Positions 27,860 through 49,059 are shown, numbered from the stretch's first letter. The stretch: 64,000 bases of DNA from the human T2T-CHM13v2.0 reference genome, Homo sapiens (GCF_009914755.1 NC_060926.1); one strand, 5' to 3'. Notes: generated from the letters alone by a model not told the origin. Numbers and translations: made by a program.

Positions 27860-28278
27860 GTCAGTTCCCCAAGGGTGGCTGCTGTGCTACTGTAACACGG
27901 GACTGCAGACTGGGCACTTAAACTACAGAACTCTGTTTTCTCACGGTCTGGAGGCCAGAAGTCCAAGGTGTTGGCAGGGTTGGGTGTTGGCAGGGTTGGG
28001 TGTTGGCAGGGTTGTTTCCTCCAGAGGCCCCTCTCCTAGAATTGCAGATGGCTGTCATTTTGCTGTGCCTTCACACGGTTTCCCCTGTGTGTCTGTGTCC
28101 TCATCTCCTCTTCTTATAAGGACACCAGTCATATTGGATTAGGGCCCACCCTGGTGACCTCATTTTAACCTAATGACCTCTTTAAAGACTGTGTCTCCAA
28201 GTACAGTCCCATTCTGAGGGACCTGGGGTTAGGACTTTAACATGGGAATTTGGGGGAAGCACAGTTGAGGCCATAGCA
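27860..28278 (-). mobile_element. MLT1 (ERVL-MaLR) LTR
   Basis: tctcacggtctggaggccagaagtccaag...tcttataaggacaccagtcatattggattagggcccaccct...ggggttaggact. Confidence 0.8.
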
Positions 28279-30665
28279 GCAGCTGTCTCATTCTGCTCAC
28301 AGCTGGTTCTCTCTGGCCACGTGCCAGAGAGGAGTACGATGCCATCCCCTTAAACCACACACGGACATGCTGCCAGGAGGAACGTCATCACCTTTCAGCT
28401 GAAAGGAGTGAGGAATGAGGACAAGCAGGTGCAGAACACAGCCTTCTCACGTACTGGTCCATTCTGCACGTGCGCTGCTGCTGTTACAGCGGCAGACGGG
28501 AGGCTGAACTAGAGACACCTAAGACAAACCCTGCTTTCCCCTCCAGATGCTGGCTGCAAGAACGCCACAGTTTGAGAGGAGTGTGGACAATAGAAAGCCT
28601 TGAGAGCAGCTGAGCTGACGAAGGGATGGGAAAATGGGCCCTTTTGAAGCCTAGGAATGACCAAGTGGAGATGTGCAGGGTTTGGGGGCGCCCCAGCTTG
28701 AGTCTCAGTGCTCTGAGGGACATAGCGCAGAGTGGGACAGCCCGGTGGGTCAACCCCTGCCTGGTTCTGCAGACTTGGAGAGGTGGGACTTCTGCCCCAG
28801 GCCGCATGGAGGGCCGGCCCTGGGCTGGGTGTGCCTCACGCTGCCTGGGAGCCTCAGGCAACCTGCTGCAGCTGCTTGTTTTGCCACTCACTGGCCTGAC
28901 TGCGGGAGCTGGAGGGGCTGGGAGGTCATTCCCTACTCCACAGCTTAGCTCAACCTCCCAGGTGCCCCGCACCCCCATCCCTCCCTTCCCATAAAACCAG
29001 TTATTCCTCATCCTCATAAGCGCTCCTAGGACACTTGCCATGTTCTATCAGTTTGGGGGTTCTCTGGGGCAGCCATCCACAGATCCATGCCCCGCCTATG
29101 AGCCATCTCCCCTCTCCTTCTCACCCCCGTGCTCCCCGTGTGGTGTCGGCCCCCGAGGCAAGGACCGTATGGGTTTTGTTCACTGCCCACACTCCCTCTG
29201 ACACACAGGAAGTTCTGGAAAAGCTTCCGCATGGTGAAGGAGCCACATGCGGTTTGGTCGGGTGCCCCAGGCCTCCTCTTGATCATCACGACCACCCTGC
29301 CATCCCTGTTATTCGGGGGGAGTCCAGAGCTCCAGGAAGTTGACCACCTCCCCAAGGTCCCCCGAGCAGGGGTGGGTGGAACTGGCTCTGAGCCCACACT
29401 CAATGCCTTTCCCCTGTGCCCCGGAGCCTGGCTTGGTGCCACCCAGGACTTGTTTGTGGAAGTGACATGTGAACACCTAGCGAGCTCCATGGGCTCTGCG
29501 TGTGTACGTCTTTGCTGACTCAGTGGCCCCACACAGCAACCCGAGGGCCAGGGCAGAAAGCACAGGAGGAGCCACCACGGGTGCTGCAGGGCCTCAGGCT
29601 GGGCATCCATCCTCTACCTGTCCTTCTGCCGTCCATCTGTGGGTTCTCCCTCAGGTGCCACGCAAGGCTGGTCCTTCACAATGGCCCAGGCCCTCAAACT
29701 CAGTGGTCAGGAGGGTTCCCACCACCTCAGGGCTTAGCGGCAGTCAAGGTAACCTCAGGTCCTCAGGCTACCTTTGCAAATGGGTCCTTGCAAAGACCCT
29801 AATTCACATTCACAGATACTGGGAGTTAGGACTTCAACATCTTTTAGGCGGGCCATGATTCAACCCATGCATCTGGGCCTAGGAAGTGGAACTGCCCCAG
29901 TGAGCGATGCCCTGGGCACTGTGCAGTTCTGGGGGACACAGCCCTGACAGCCGGAGGGGGGCTTTCTGGGCACAGAGCTGTCTGGGATCCGCCAAGGCAA
30001 CACAGGAAGGAGTCCAGAGTTCACCTGGGTGAGACCCGAGAGCTGTCAGTGACAGCAGAATCCGGAGGGAGCCCACATCTCCAAGCCAGGTCCAGAGCTC
30101 TTCCAACAGGACAGCAGTCTTGTCAGGCACTCTGGGAGGCCAAAGTGGGAGGATCACTTTGGGGCCAGGAGTTCGAGCAACCTGGGCAACATAGCAAGAT
30201 CCCTATCTCTACAAACAAACCAAAAACCTCAGTAGCATCTTTGTTGTTTTTTCTCTTCTGTCAGGTATTTTGGTAGTAGTGATCTTCTGATTTTACATTC
30301 CCTTTTTTTTTTTTTCCATGTAGAAATCTCTATGGCCATTTCCTCTTGTGAATTAATTGAGTTTCTAAAGTGAACTAGCTGCATGTTAGAACCAGGACTT
30401 TTTTGAGCCCTTTAGAGCATGCTGGCAGGCATCATCCCCAAGCCCCAGGGTGGGTCATATTTCTGGATGATGGAGGCAGGGGGTGCAGGGGTCCCCTATC
30501 TGCACATTGTTCTGAGTCTGATGTGATTCCTCAACTCCTCCATGAAACAGGGGCCATGCTTGTCCTCATCTGGGGCAAACTGCAGTTGGAGAGGCTGGCC
30601 TCCTGTGGCTGCATATCCAGAGCTGGGCTTAACTGGCCAGGAGGAGAGAAGAATCCTCTCTCTTA

Positions 30666-31176
<511 letters not shown>

Positions 31177-31361
31177 TTATGAGTACGTAAGATGGGCACC
31201 TGAGTAGTTTGCTGTTACAGACCACGTAGGCAATGGCCGCCTGCACAGATTATTTGCACAGGTGGGAGTATCATTAGATGTTTCTGGAAGTGGGATGGCT
31301 GGGTCAAGGTGAATGTGTGTTTGGAATTTTGAAAGATAAAGTCATAAAGATAAGTAAAAAC

Positions 31362-32075
31362 ACCTGGCATCTTGGCTCACGGCTGTAGTCCCAACACATT
31401 GGGAGGTCAAGGTGGGAGGACTGCTTGAAGCTAGGAGCTTGAGACCGGCCTGGGCAAAATAGTGAGGCCCTGTTTCTACAAAAAAAAAAAAAATTAACTG
31501 GGTGTGGTGGTGTGTGCCCATAGTCTCAGCTACTCAGGAGGCTGAGGTGGGAGGATCACTTGAGCACCGGAGGTCAAGGCTTCAGTGAGTCATGATCACA
31601 CACTGCAGCCTGGGTGACAGAGTGAGAGCCTGTCTCAAAAAATAAATAAATAAAAAATAGATAGATAGATTGATTGATTGATATAGAGAGGATAAGTAAA
31701 AACAAAAACATGTATGTACTATAAAACCTGGGATGGGCTGGGCGTGGTGGCTTATGCCTATACTCCTAACACTTTGAGAGGCCAAGGCAGGCGAATCACT
31801 TGAGGTCAGGAGTTTGAGACCAACCTGGCCAACATAGTGTGAAACCCTGTCTCTACTAAAAATACATAAATAAATAAATAAATAAATAAATAGCCAGGTG
31901 TGGTGGTGCATGCCTATAATCCTAGCTACTCAGGAGGCTGAGTTGGGAGGATTGCTTGAACCCAGGAGGTGGAGGTTGCAGTGAGCCGAGATCACACCAC
32001 TGCACACTCCTCATAAGTGCCTGGAAGGGCAACACAGTGAGACTCCATCTCAAAAAAAAAAAAAAAAAAAAAAAC
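31362..32075 (+). mobile_element. Two sense Alus (~31362-31660 AluJ-like, TSD GATAAGTAAAAAC; ~31736-32075 AluS-like)
   Basis: Alu consensus twice; AAAT/GATA microsatellites in tail and linker. Confidence 0.9.
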
Positions 32076-32457
32076 AACCCTGGGATAGAGGCAGAGAAGA
32101 AAGGAAGTGGTGGGCAGTGTGGGTGGTCTGTCTTACCTTTCATAATGGAGAGCTGGTGCCTACTGTTTAGAATTCACAAACACAGAGTTCAAAGTGGTTG
32201 CCACTGTGGCTAGGGTAGGAGACATCTTTTTATTTCTCATTCTTCCATGTACTTCAAAAATTATCACGCCCTGTATATCAGTTAACTGTTAATGTAAGAA
32301 AATAACATGAGGTGGTGCAGTGGCAGCCGTGTGAATGCCGGTTGATCAGTCTTGCATTCAGGACTTGTGGAGAACCGCCCTGGGGGATGGTTTTGAGCAG
32401 AGCAGTTCCTCGTTCCCACAGGTGCCTCATTTTTCCCTGGTTCCATTCAGAACATCA

Positions 32458-32840
<383 letters not shown>

Positions 32841-33356
32841 AGGTGGGTGGGGGTGACTCCCTGAAAGTTTCTAGACGCCTCTTCTAAAGATAAAAACATA
32901 ATGTGATGCCTGAAAGAGGGAAGAACTGCCCCAAAGAGTCTGGGATGTGGCTGAGGTGGCCACTTTGCCAGGAGCTGATGAGGGGGATGAAAGTAAGAAC
33001 TGATTTTAATCTTCGCCTCTCGTACAACCCCTGGTGGGCACCGGATGATGCCCTGTTCCACTGATTTTAAGTTGCATTTTCCCCCCCGCATTTCCACATT
33101 CTCCAAGTGAGAACGTGTCCCGCAGTGTGAGGGTGAGCTGTCGTGATATAATTAGAGTCTCTTGGCCTTCTTGGTGGTCCATAAGATAGCGGCATGCCTT
33201 CCGATGGGGGACCCGGGAGTTGCTGAGTCGCAGCGCTTGCACAGCGATGGGCTTATTTGGTCTCTCCGGCACATGGCTCAGCCCTGCTCCGTGGCCGTGG
33301 GTGGCGTCCCCGGCTGACCCCCTGTCTTGCAGGTGTAGTCGCCGCCGCCAGCCGCC

Positions 33357-40422
<7,066 letters not shown>

Positions 40423-41186
40423 GCGAGCGGCCCCTGGACAGTTGCAGAGAAACACAGGCTTGTCGTGCCGTTTAAGCTTTGCTTGCAAGAGTGGATGCCC
40501 CGCAATCGTTCCTGCTCTCCCGGGCCCCGGGCCTGGGGCATGCGTTGCACCTGCCCGGCCCGGTGGCTGCGCCTCCCTCCTCCACCTGACCAACGCGACA
40601 TTCCTCCCCTCACGCCTGGCCCGGTCCCTTCCAGGGCAACTCCCAGGGATGTGGTGACATGCAGGGTTCAAGTGTTCTTGGTTCCAGGCACCTCCCGGCT
40701 CACGGGGAGCTCAGAGGTCCATGCCGAGGAGACCAGGCAGGACCTCCCGAGGCTGCGCCCCGGCCGGCCCATGCGTTTTGTGATCCCAAGTGACTCTGTG
40801 GGAAGGGTGGGGACGAGGCGTCGGGAGGGTATACAGGGAGCCCCTCCCGTGCATGGCTGCCCCCCCGTTCATTTTCTCCACCACAGCCGCTTGCACGTAT
40901 AGATACTGTGGTCCCCTTTCTTTTAATATATAAATTATGTATGGTGAAGTGGAGTGTATTGTGTAGGTCCCGTATTTAATGCCTCTGACTGCCTTTGAAG
41001 CGCAGCCCTCTGTGGCCCGCAGCCCCCTGAGCCTGGCTGTTGTGTGGTATTTATGCTCTCTTTGTCTGCCTGTTTCTAAGGAAATGCATGTGTGCCCTGA
41101 GCCGTGATGATCCTCCCATCCGTGTTGTGAGCACAGGCATTTGTGTCTGGTCTGTCCTCCCTGTTGATTGGTCTGGCATTTCCGGT

Positions 41187-41205
41187 ATTAAAATGATAAA
41201 ATAAA
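41187..41205 (+). terminator. HPCAL1: HPCAL1 polyadenylation signals (ATTAAA 41187-41192, AATAAA 41200-41205)
   Basis: Hexamers ~780 nt after the stop, followed by T/GT-rich ttttctgagttttt. Confidence 0.85.
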
Positions 41206-41722
41206 TGGCATTTTCTGAGTTTTGCGTCTGCCCGCGGGAGCCCCCATTCCTCAGGCCGTGGCCCCTGCACTCTCCAGGCAAGGCGGGTGTGCTGCGTGCC
41301 ACCGCTGTTGGTAAATCCGGCCCCTCTTACGTCCCTCCAGCTGTCCCCGCGTTTATAAATCTTGCACAGCCTGTTCTTCAATATCTGCCTAATGCCAAGA
41401 AATACTCGTGGAAATAAACGATGACTGTTCTTGGCAGATCTGACGGTCAGGCTTCTGCCTCCCCCCAGCCCTTCCCTCTCCTTCTCCTTCCACGGTTTCA
41501 GGTCGTAGGAAAGCCACATTCCAAGAGAGGACGGGCATAGCCAAGGGTGCAGTCAGGCTGGACCCAGAGGTGGCAGGCCTGGTTCTCCATCCAGCCTTCG
41601 CCGCTGCCGTCAGTGCTTCTGGTCCCAGCAGCAGAAGGCCCAGCTGAAGAAGTGGGGGTTGGTCTCGCCTGCCAAGGGATCCAAAGGCAGCATCGCTGGG
41701 GATCCCCAGGCATCAGCTTGTC

Positions 41723-41855
41723 TTTTTTTTTTTCTTTTTTTAAGAGAGAGTGTCTCTCTATGTTGCCCAGGCTGGCCTCAACCTCCTGGGCTCCAGCAAT
41801 CCTTTCGCATCAGCCTCCTGAGTAGCTGGGACCTCGGGTGAACAGCACTGCGCCT
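41723..41855 (-). mobile_element. FLAM/Alu monomer
   Basis: Single antisense Alu arm. Confidence 0.7.
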
Positions 41856-42761
41856 CCTAATCACAGTCAGCTTTTCACCTCAGGCTTGTCTTCCTGGGGT
41901 GCCTACAACTGCTGTTGTGGTTCTGGGCAGTACAGCTGACATGGGAGCATCAAGAGGCAGGGAGAGAAGCCTCTGTCCTCCCACTGAGGGACAGGAAAAC
42001 CCTCCAGAATCTGCCCACCACCCCGTCCCCACCAGCCCCACATCTCATGGCTGAAACCATGGCCTGTGTTCACAAGATGACCATGTCATGGCCACGGCTG
42101 GCTTACGCTGGTCAAGATGGCCCTTGGCCAAGGTGGCATCTGCCTCCCCCAGAGGGCATAGGGTTGGGAAGGGGTGAGTGGAATGGAGGTTCTATTACCA
42201 GGACGGGCACTACGGCGTCTGCCCACCTGCCTGCTGCTGTCGGCTCCTCTGTGCCTCAGTGTCTTCACTGTAGGGGATGGGGGGAGCTGGGTGGCTCAAG
42301 GTCACATATGCAAAGCGCATGGCTTGGAACCTGCCTCCCAGCAGGCCTTCAGCAACAGCAGCTAATTTGTTGATTTTAGTCATTTTAATATTTTTTAAGA
42401 CTCCATGTCTCTTTTAATAGAAATGGTGAGTCTGTTTGCCAAGTGCCTTCTGAGTCAATGGCACTGCTAGAGCTATTTCATAGTAAAACTCTCCATGCAC
42501 CCAGAGCCACCAAGCCTTGATGGGGGAACCAGGTGGGGTGCGAGATGGAGGCCAGGTGCCCTGGGCAGATCTAGCTTGCTACAAAGAGGCAAGACGGTGC
42601 CTTTGGCAACACTGCCTCACCTGGAAGAACAGCCAGTGAACGGCTTGAATTTTATAAACATTTAACTGGGACTGGCAAAGGTTAAATCAAGAGTGCTTGT
42701 TGTGGGGAGGGCTCACTTATGATGGGGACAGAGTCCAACAGAAACAGATGGGAGTGACCAC

Positions 42762-43922
42762 TACATTAGTCAGGGTTCTCCAGGAACAGAACTGATAGGA
42801 GACATGCATGGATGGGAGGGGTGGGTGGATGGATGGGTGGGTGGGTGGGTGGATGGATGGATGGATGGATGTATGGATGAGTGGGTGAGGGGATGGGTGG
42901 GTGAATGGATGGGTGGGTGGATGCATAGACAGGTGGATGCATGGATGGGTGGATGGATGGCTGGGTGGATGGGTTGGTGAATGGGTGGGTGGGTGGGTGG
43001 ATGGATAGGTGGATGGGTGGGTGGATGGATGGGTGGGTGGGTAGATGGATGGATGGGAGGATGGGTGGATGGGTGGGTGGGTGGATGGGTGGGTGGGTGG
43101 ATGGGTGGGTGGGTGGATGGGTGGGTGGATGGATGGATGGGTGGGTGGGTGAATGGTTGGGTGGGCGGGTGGATGGATGGATGGGTGGATGGGTGGGTGA
43201 ATGGTTGGGTGGGTGGGTGGATGCATGGATGGGTTGGGGGGTGGGTGGGTGGATGGATGGATGGATGGATGGGTGAATGGTTGGGTGGGTGGGTAGATGC
43301 ATGGATGGGTTGGGGGGTGGGTGGCTGGATGGATGGGTGGATGGGTGGGCAGGTGGGTGGATGTATGTATGTATGGATGGGTGGGTGATTGGTTGGATGG
43401 GAGGGTGGATGCATGGATGGGTGGGCGGGTGGGTGGATGGATGGATGGATGGATGGATGGATGGATGGATGAATGGGTAGGCGAATGGATGGTTAGATAG
43501 ATGTATTTATCATAAGGAATTGGCTTATACGTGATTATGGAGGCTGAGAGGTCCCAAGGAGACAAGCAGCCCTGTCCCCTGTAGACAGAGGTCAGCAAGC
43601 TGGGGACCCAGGAGAGCTAATGGTGTAGTTCCAGTCTGAATCTTAAGGGAGGAGGAGGCCAATGTCCCAGCTCAAGACTGTGAGGCAAAGAACAAATTCT
43701 CAGGCTTTTGTCCTATTCAGGCCTTCAGCTGAGTGGATGAGGACCCCCACATTGGGGAGGGGGATCTGCTTTACCCCACCTGGTTCCCCCATTGGTCACC
43801 AGTTCCAATGTCAAATTCATCCAAAAGCACCCTCACAGGCACACCCAAAATAATCGGTTTGCCCAAATGTCTGGGTACCCCCTGGCCCAGTCATGTTGAC
43901 ACATAAAATTAACCATTATAAC
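42762..43922 (-). mobile_element. MLT2 (ERVL) LTR interrupted by the (GGAT/GGGT)n array
   Basis: attagtcagggttctccag...acagaac...ataggag, then the repeat, then tataaggaattggc-like, gtgattatggaggctgagaggtccca...gttgacacataaaattaaccat. Confidence 0.8.
42807..43502. repeat. ~0.7-kb (GGAT/GGGT)n tetranucleotide array
   Basis: Continuous ggat/gggt units with occasional gcat, gaat variants. Confidence 0.97.
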
Positions 43923-44219
43923 CACCTCTGCTCAGATATGGAGGAGGTAGATATGGGGATCCTAGTGGACCCTGCCCTACAAGGAGCTCACAGAAGCCAG
44001 TATGATTTGTCCAGGAGTCCAGTGCTCTCTGGGAAGGCAGGGAATTGAACCCCAAAGATGGTGTCCCTGTGCCAAGAAGCCCAGCCTATCAGAGGAGGAA
44101 AGAACCCAGAAGTGAACCCAAAACTGTCGTCCATGCCACCCACCCAGCAGGAGGCCTCCTCAGTCTCTTCCTTTGTCCGGGATCAGGATCTTTCAGGGCG
44201 GGTTGTTAGAAAGTGTCTC

Positions 44220-44520
<301 letters not shown>

Positions 44521-46774
44521 AAGTGTCTCCACCTGTCCTTCCCTGGTAATTTGCAGTACTGGCCCTGGGCCTGCTTCCTCTTCCTCCAACCACCTCCTTC
44601 TGCAAGCTTCTCTCTTGTCCTGCCTTCTCCTTGCCCCAGGGGATCCCAGACCCTTTGCCATCCTGCACGGGCACTCCAAGTTGTTAAAGTTCCTTGGGAG
44701 TTGCATACAAGTGTCCCTTATCCTATAGACAGATAGAAGATCTAATCATGTACCTGCATAAGCAAGGCTTATGTGGGTGGACTCAACAGAAACTCTGGAA
44801 AATGGCTCCGGTGGCTCCATGGTCCCATCCACCAGCTGTCCTGACACTCACTGCATGGTGTCCCATGCTCACTGAGTAAATACAGGGTAATGGGAACAAC
44901 TCCTGAGACAGGAAAATGTTTAGACTCGAAGGAAGGAAGCCCTGGAGTGTGGAGGGAAGGGTGGCAGTATGAGGTGTTAGTCCCAAGACAGTTCATCTAG
45001 TCAGGCCACGATGAACCCCTAGTAGGGCAAGACTGTCACCTCCCTTACTCTGAACCTTAGGCCTTAATTAATACAGCCCCAGGCATTTTCTGCTTGGGTA
45101 GACTGGCCTCCCGCGTGGGAACCAGCATTGAGCTAGCAAAACATTAGCTCCCATTTATCAAGGGTTTCCACGTACAGACACTGTTTAAAACTTTAAACGT
45201 CTAATTTAACCCTCCCATCAACCCTGCAATGTGGTATCACTACCACATTATACAGATTGATAATGCTGGTTTAAGAGAAGTTAAGTAACTAGCCTGAAAT
45301 CCTTAGCAAGAGGTGGCAGAATCAGGAATTGAAAGAAGGATCAGCTCCCAAGTCCGAGGTGCGTCTTCTCCCGATTCCAGAAAGGTCTTCCAGTAGCTGG
45401 GCTGGAGCCGGGTCCATGTTTCCTTGCCAGCGGCCTCCTTCAGGGCCCCTGGTGTCTAGAGAAATGAAGGAGTTTCTCCCTGGGTCCCTGAACAAGACTT
45501 AAACGCACTGTATTTGTGGCACCCAGGCCTGACTCCCTCCCCACCCCGTGCCAGGTCACGCCCTAGTGGAGAAGGGGGCGCGCCTCCCCACCACTGCCTG
45601 AGGGGCGCCCTCCTGAGCGCCCGTTTCTCAGGGCGGGGCACTGGACTCCGAATGGAACCCTCCCCTCCTTGCCGGGCTTAGGCAGGTACGTCATTAGATC
45701 TTCTATCTGCCTCTTGAGATCAGGGGTGCGCATGAGCAGGGACCCAAAACGGGGGTCCAGTTAGGATCACAGCCCCCCAAGAGGAGACAGAACCCACAGG
45801 ACCTTCAGGCTTCTGAGAGGGACCTCGTGGGCCCCGGAAAAGGTATTTAGAAAAACAGGAGTTCGGCCTTGGGTTCATCCGTGGCGTGGCCTTCCCCCAG
45901 CCGCCTTGCCCTGGGCTGGGCGCCGTTGGGAATCAAACCCACACGCCTGGGGAGCTGCCAGCCAGCGGGAGCCTCGGCCGTCGGGGAACAGACTCCGGCT
46001 TGGGGCAGCCTGGCAGCCCTGAAAGGAACAAGAGGAAAATGGAGCTGTGGGGCAGGGGCGGGGCTCGGCTCGAGAGGCAAGTGGTCCGCGCTAGTCCCAC
46101 CTGTCACCAGCCACCCAGTCCTGCCGCTCTGACCCCGCCACTGCGGCGCAGGGGCCTGGTGCCCGCTGGTCCTGGGCTCCGGCTCCGGGTCGGCAGCGAT
46201 GTATCCCGGCCCAGAGTGGGGCGGGGTAGGGCAGGGCAGGGCAGGGCCAAGGTCAGTTTCCTTTAAGCTGGGCACGCCCTCTCCTTGGCTTGGGGCTCCC
46301 TTACTGTGGCCTGGGAAGAGGTCTCAGAGGAGACGGGGTGATGCTGGAGACACGGTGGCGAAGGAGCGCTGCGGGCCTGGGCCCCGGGGGGCAGCTGTTT
46401 ATCCAGCAAACACCTCCCCAGGGCCAGCGCGGGGCATGGCACAGCAGGGCACTGCCGGGGCGCAGGAGCTGCGGGGGCGGGTACAGCCTGCCTGGGGCAG
46501 GAGGCTGGGGAGGGTGGGAGGGAGCTCGGGAGGAGGGGTGGCTGAGGCCAGCGGGGGCGGGCGGGGCGGCAGCCCCTGGAGGGCCCCTGGAAGGCCTCAG
46601 CTCCTCCGGCTCTTCCCAGCGGGCTGTGACTGTACCATGGGGCCCCGACCTGAAGGGGCCACCTGCCTCCTGCAGTTCACGGGAAGGCAGACCCTGGCCC
46701 GCCCTGGAGCCACCTGCCCACGGCCTCTTCCAGCTGCAGCCAGGCCCTCCGGGCTCGAGCGGGCTCATCCACTA

Positions 46775-47367
46775 GGTGTGTGTGTGTGCGTCTGTGTGTT
46801 GTCTTGGGTGTGTGTGTGGCTGGGGCATGTGGTCTTAGTGTGTGCTGTGGATGTGTGTGGTGTGTTTGGGTGTGTGGGAATGGTGTGGGGATGGTGTGAC
46901 TTTGTGTGTGATGTCGAGGTGTGTGGTGTGTTTGCATGTGTGGTGGTGTGTGGGCATGGTGTGACCGTGTGTGCGATGTGTATGTGTGTGGTATGTTTGC
47001 GTGTGTGGTGGTGTGTGGGGCATGGTGTGACTTTGTGTGATGTGGATGTGTGTGGTGTATTTGCGTGTGTAGTGGTGTGTGAGGGATGGTGTGACTGTGT
47101 GTGTGCTGTGGATGTGTGTGGTATGTTTGCGTGTGTGGTGGTGTGTGGGGCATGGTGTAACTATGTGTACATGTGTGTGTTGTGGATGCATGTGTGTCTG
47201 TGTGTGTCATGGTGTGTGGGGCATGGTGTAACTGTGTATGCTGTGGATGTGTGTGGTGGTGTGTGCTGTGTGTGTGTGGCATTGCGTGTGCTGTGAATGT
47301 GTGTGGTGGTGTGTACTGTGCTGTGTGTGTGTGTGTGTGTGTGTGTGGCATTGCGTGTGCTGTGGTG
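46775..47367. repeat. GT-rich degenerate minisatellite (~55-65-nt unit, e.g. gctgtggatgtgtgtggtgtgtttgcgtgtgtggtggtgtgtggggcatggtgtgac)
   Basis: Recurrent ggggcatggtgtg and tgtggatgtgtgtgg blocks. Confidence 0.9.
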
Positions 47368-48935
47368 GACCCGAGTCCACAGGTGGGTGGCTTCTGGAGT
47401 GCCACATGAGGCTGTTGAGTGGCAGCCCTGGCAGCTCATTCCAGGAGGGCCAGGTGGGGTGCCTGTCTCCGTGGCCTGAGAGGCTGGGCCTGGGCTCTGG
47501 GCACCCTGCTCCCCTTCCTGGCCCACCTGGGCCCACAGTGGCCTCCCTCCACACTGAGCTTCCCTGCACCAGGCCTGTCCTAGGCCTCCATGTCCCCTCC
47601 TCCAGAGGTCGCCTTCGGTGACCTCATCAAATTACTCTGGTCGTCTCCACCCTGAAGCCCTGCGAGGCTGCTCAGGAATGAGTGGGGATGAATGAATGAA
47701 GGGAGGGTCAGCAGGTGGCTCTGCTCTGTCTTCACGCAGCTGGAACCGCATGAGCTTATGCCCTGGACACACATTGAGACCCAGGCCAAGTCCCAGCTCC
47801 ACCTCGAATGAGCCGCCTGGCACTGGACAAGCGCTGTGTCTTCATCTGTAAACCATGTGGTCAGGGAACCAGGGGCAGAGGGAGGGGCTGCAGGGCCTTG
47901 AGGGGAATGGCAAGGGTCCTCAGGGGCAGGACCTGACCTCCAGGTTCCTGGGGACCTCCGAAGGTGGGGGCCCCAGGGTTAGGGTCAGGCACCCTGGCAG
48001 GGATGGCAGAGCATGGGAGCCATGTGTGCGGGTGTCTTGTGGGGTGTGTGTGAGGCTGGGGCATGTGGTCTTAGTGTGCGCTGTGGATGTGTGTGGTGTG
48101 TTTGCATGTGTGGTAGTGTGGGGGGGATGGGGAGGGCGGCACAGGCAGCCTCAGGTGGGCTCTGCCTCTGGCTCAGGGACAGGTGCCAGGCACCAGCCCC
48201 ACAGGAGGGGTGGCGGGGGGAGATCTGCCCTCCGCCCACTCAGCCTATCATGGGGGGTGGTCAGGGGAGGCCGGGTGGGGTCACCAGTCGCTGGTGGGCA
48301 CAGGGGAGGATTGGGAACACCTCAGAGGGGATTGGGGCCACTTCGGGGACGGGCAGGGGGACAGGCAGGACCAAGGCTGCAGGGCCCCACCAGCTGTACA
48401 CAGGGCTGGTTCTACAACATGGGGCAGGGGTGCAGGGGCTGGGCTGGGGGCTTCACCTGGGGGGCCTCAGGAAGTGTTTTGGGGGTCAGGGGAGTGGTCT
48501 GGTCGGGGACTGGGCTGCCTGGTGCCCCTTCCTCAAAGCCCCCGGGACCCTGGAGTGGCTGAGTCGGGAGCTCTGGATCGAGGCCACGCTCCAGTCTCAC
48601 AGCCCTGTGGCTGTCAAGGGCCCCCTGCGATAGTGGAGCTATCAGTGTTTGCCCAGTGGTCGAGTGATTTGACCGCCTTTTCCTGGCCCCGACCGCGCTG
48701 CCACCGCGGGGTGCTGCTGCCCCCTGGTGTCCATAGCTAGGAGGGCCATCCAGGGCTTGGGTGTGCGGGTTCCAGCTGGGCCTGCTTTCGAGAAAAGCTT
48801 TCTGTCCTGGGCGGCATTTGATGACAGAGGAGGATGCTGAGGCCCAGAGGAGCCCCTGACTTGTGGTGGGCCAAACGGCACACAAAAGCTGAGGCCAGGC
48901 TCCCGGTACCCAGGACCAGAGGCCTTATTGCCAGA

Positions 48936-49059
48936 TAGGAATGCCAGATACAATACAGGGCACCCAGTTACACTTGAATTTCAGATCAACGAGAAGCAAT
49001 TTTGCAGCTGACATATGTCCCGTGCAGTATCTTATCTTTGTGCTAAGACTGGCAATCCT
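48936..49059 (+). mobile_element. MER53 (hAT) with central deletion
   Basis: tgccagata..atacagggcacccagtta..ttgaatttcagat...tgtccc...gctaagactggcaatcct; TIR-like ends. Confidence 0.7.

Noticed and set aside
42717-43598. HPSI/PTH-rich and W/M/G-rich ORFs
   Set aside because: Translations of the (GGAT/GGGT)n repeat.
45550-45580. CTCF-like CCACTAGGGCG
   Set aside because: Spacing does not fit the core CTCF motif; not supportable without ChIP.
46199-47405. 365-aa Cys/Val-rich and 242-aa His/Thr-rich ORFs
   Set aside because: GC-rich sequence running into the GT minisatellite; no domain or codon signal.
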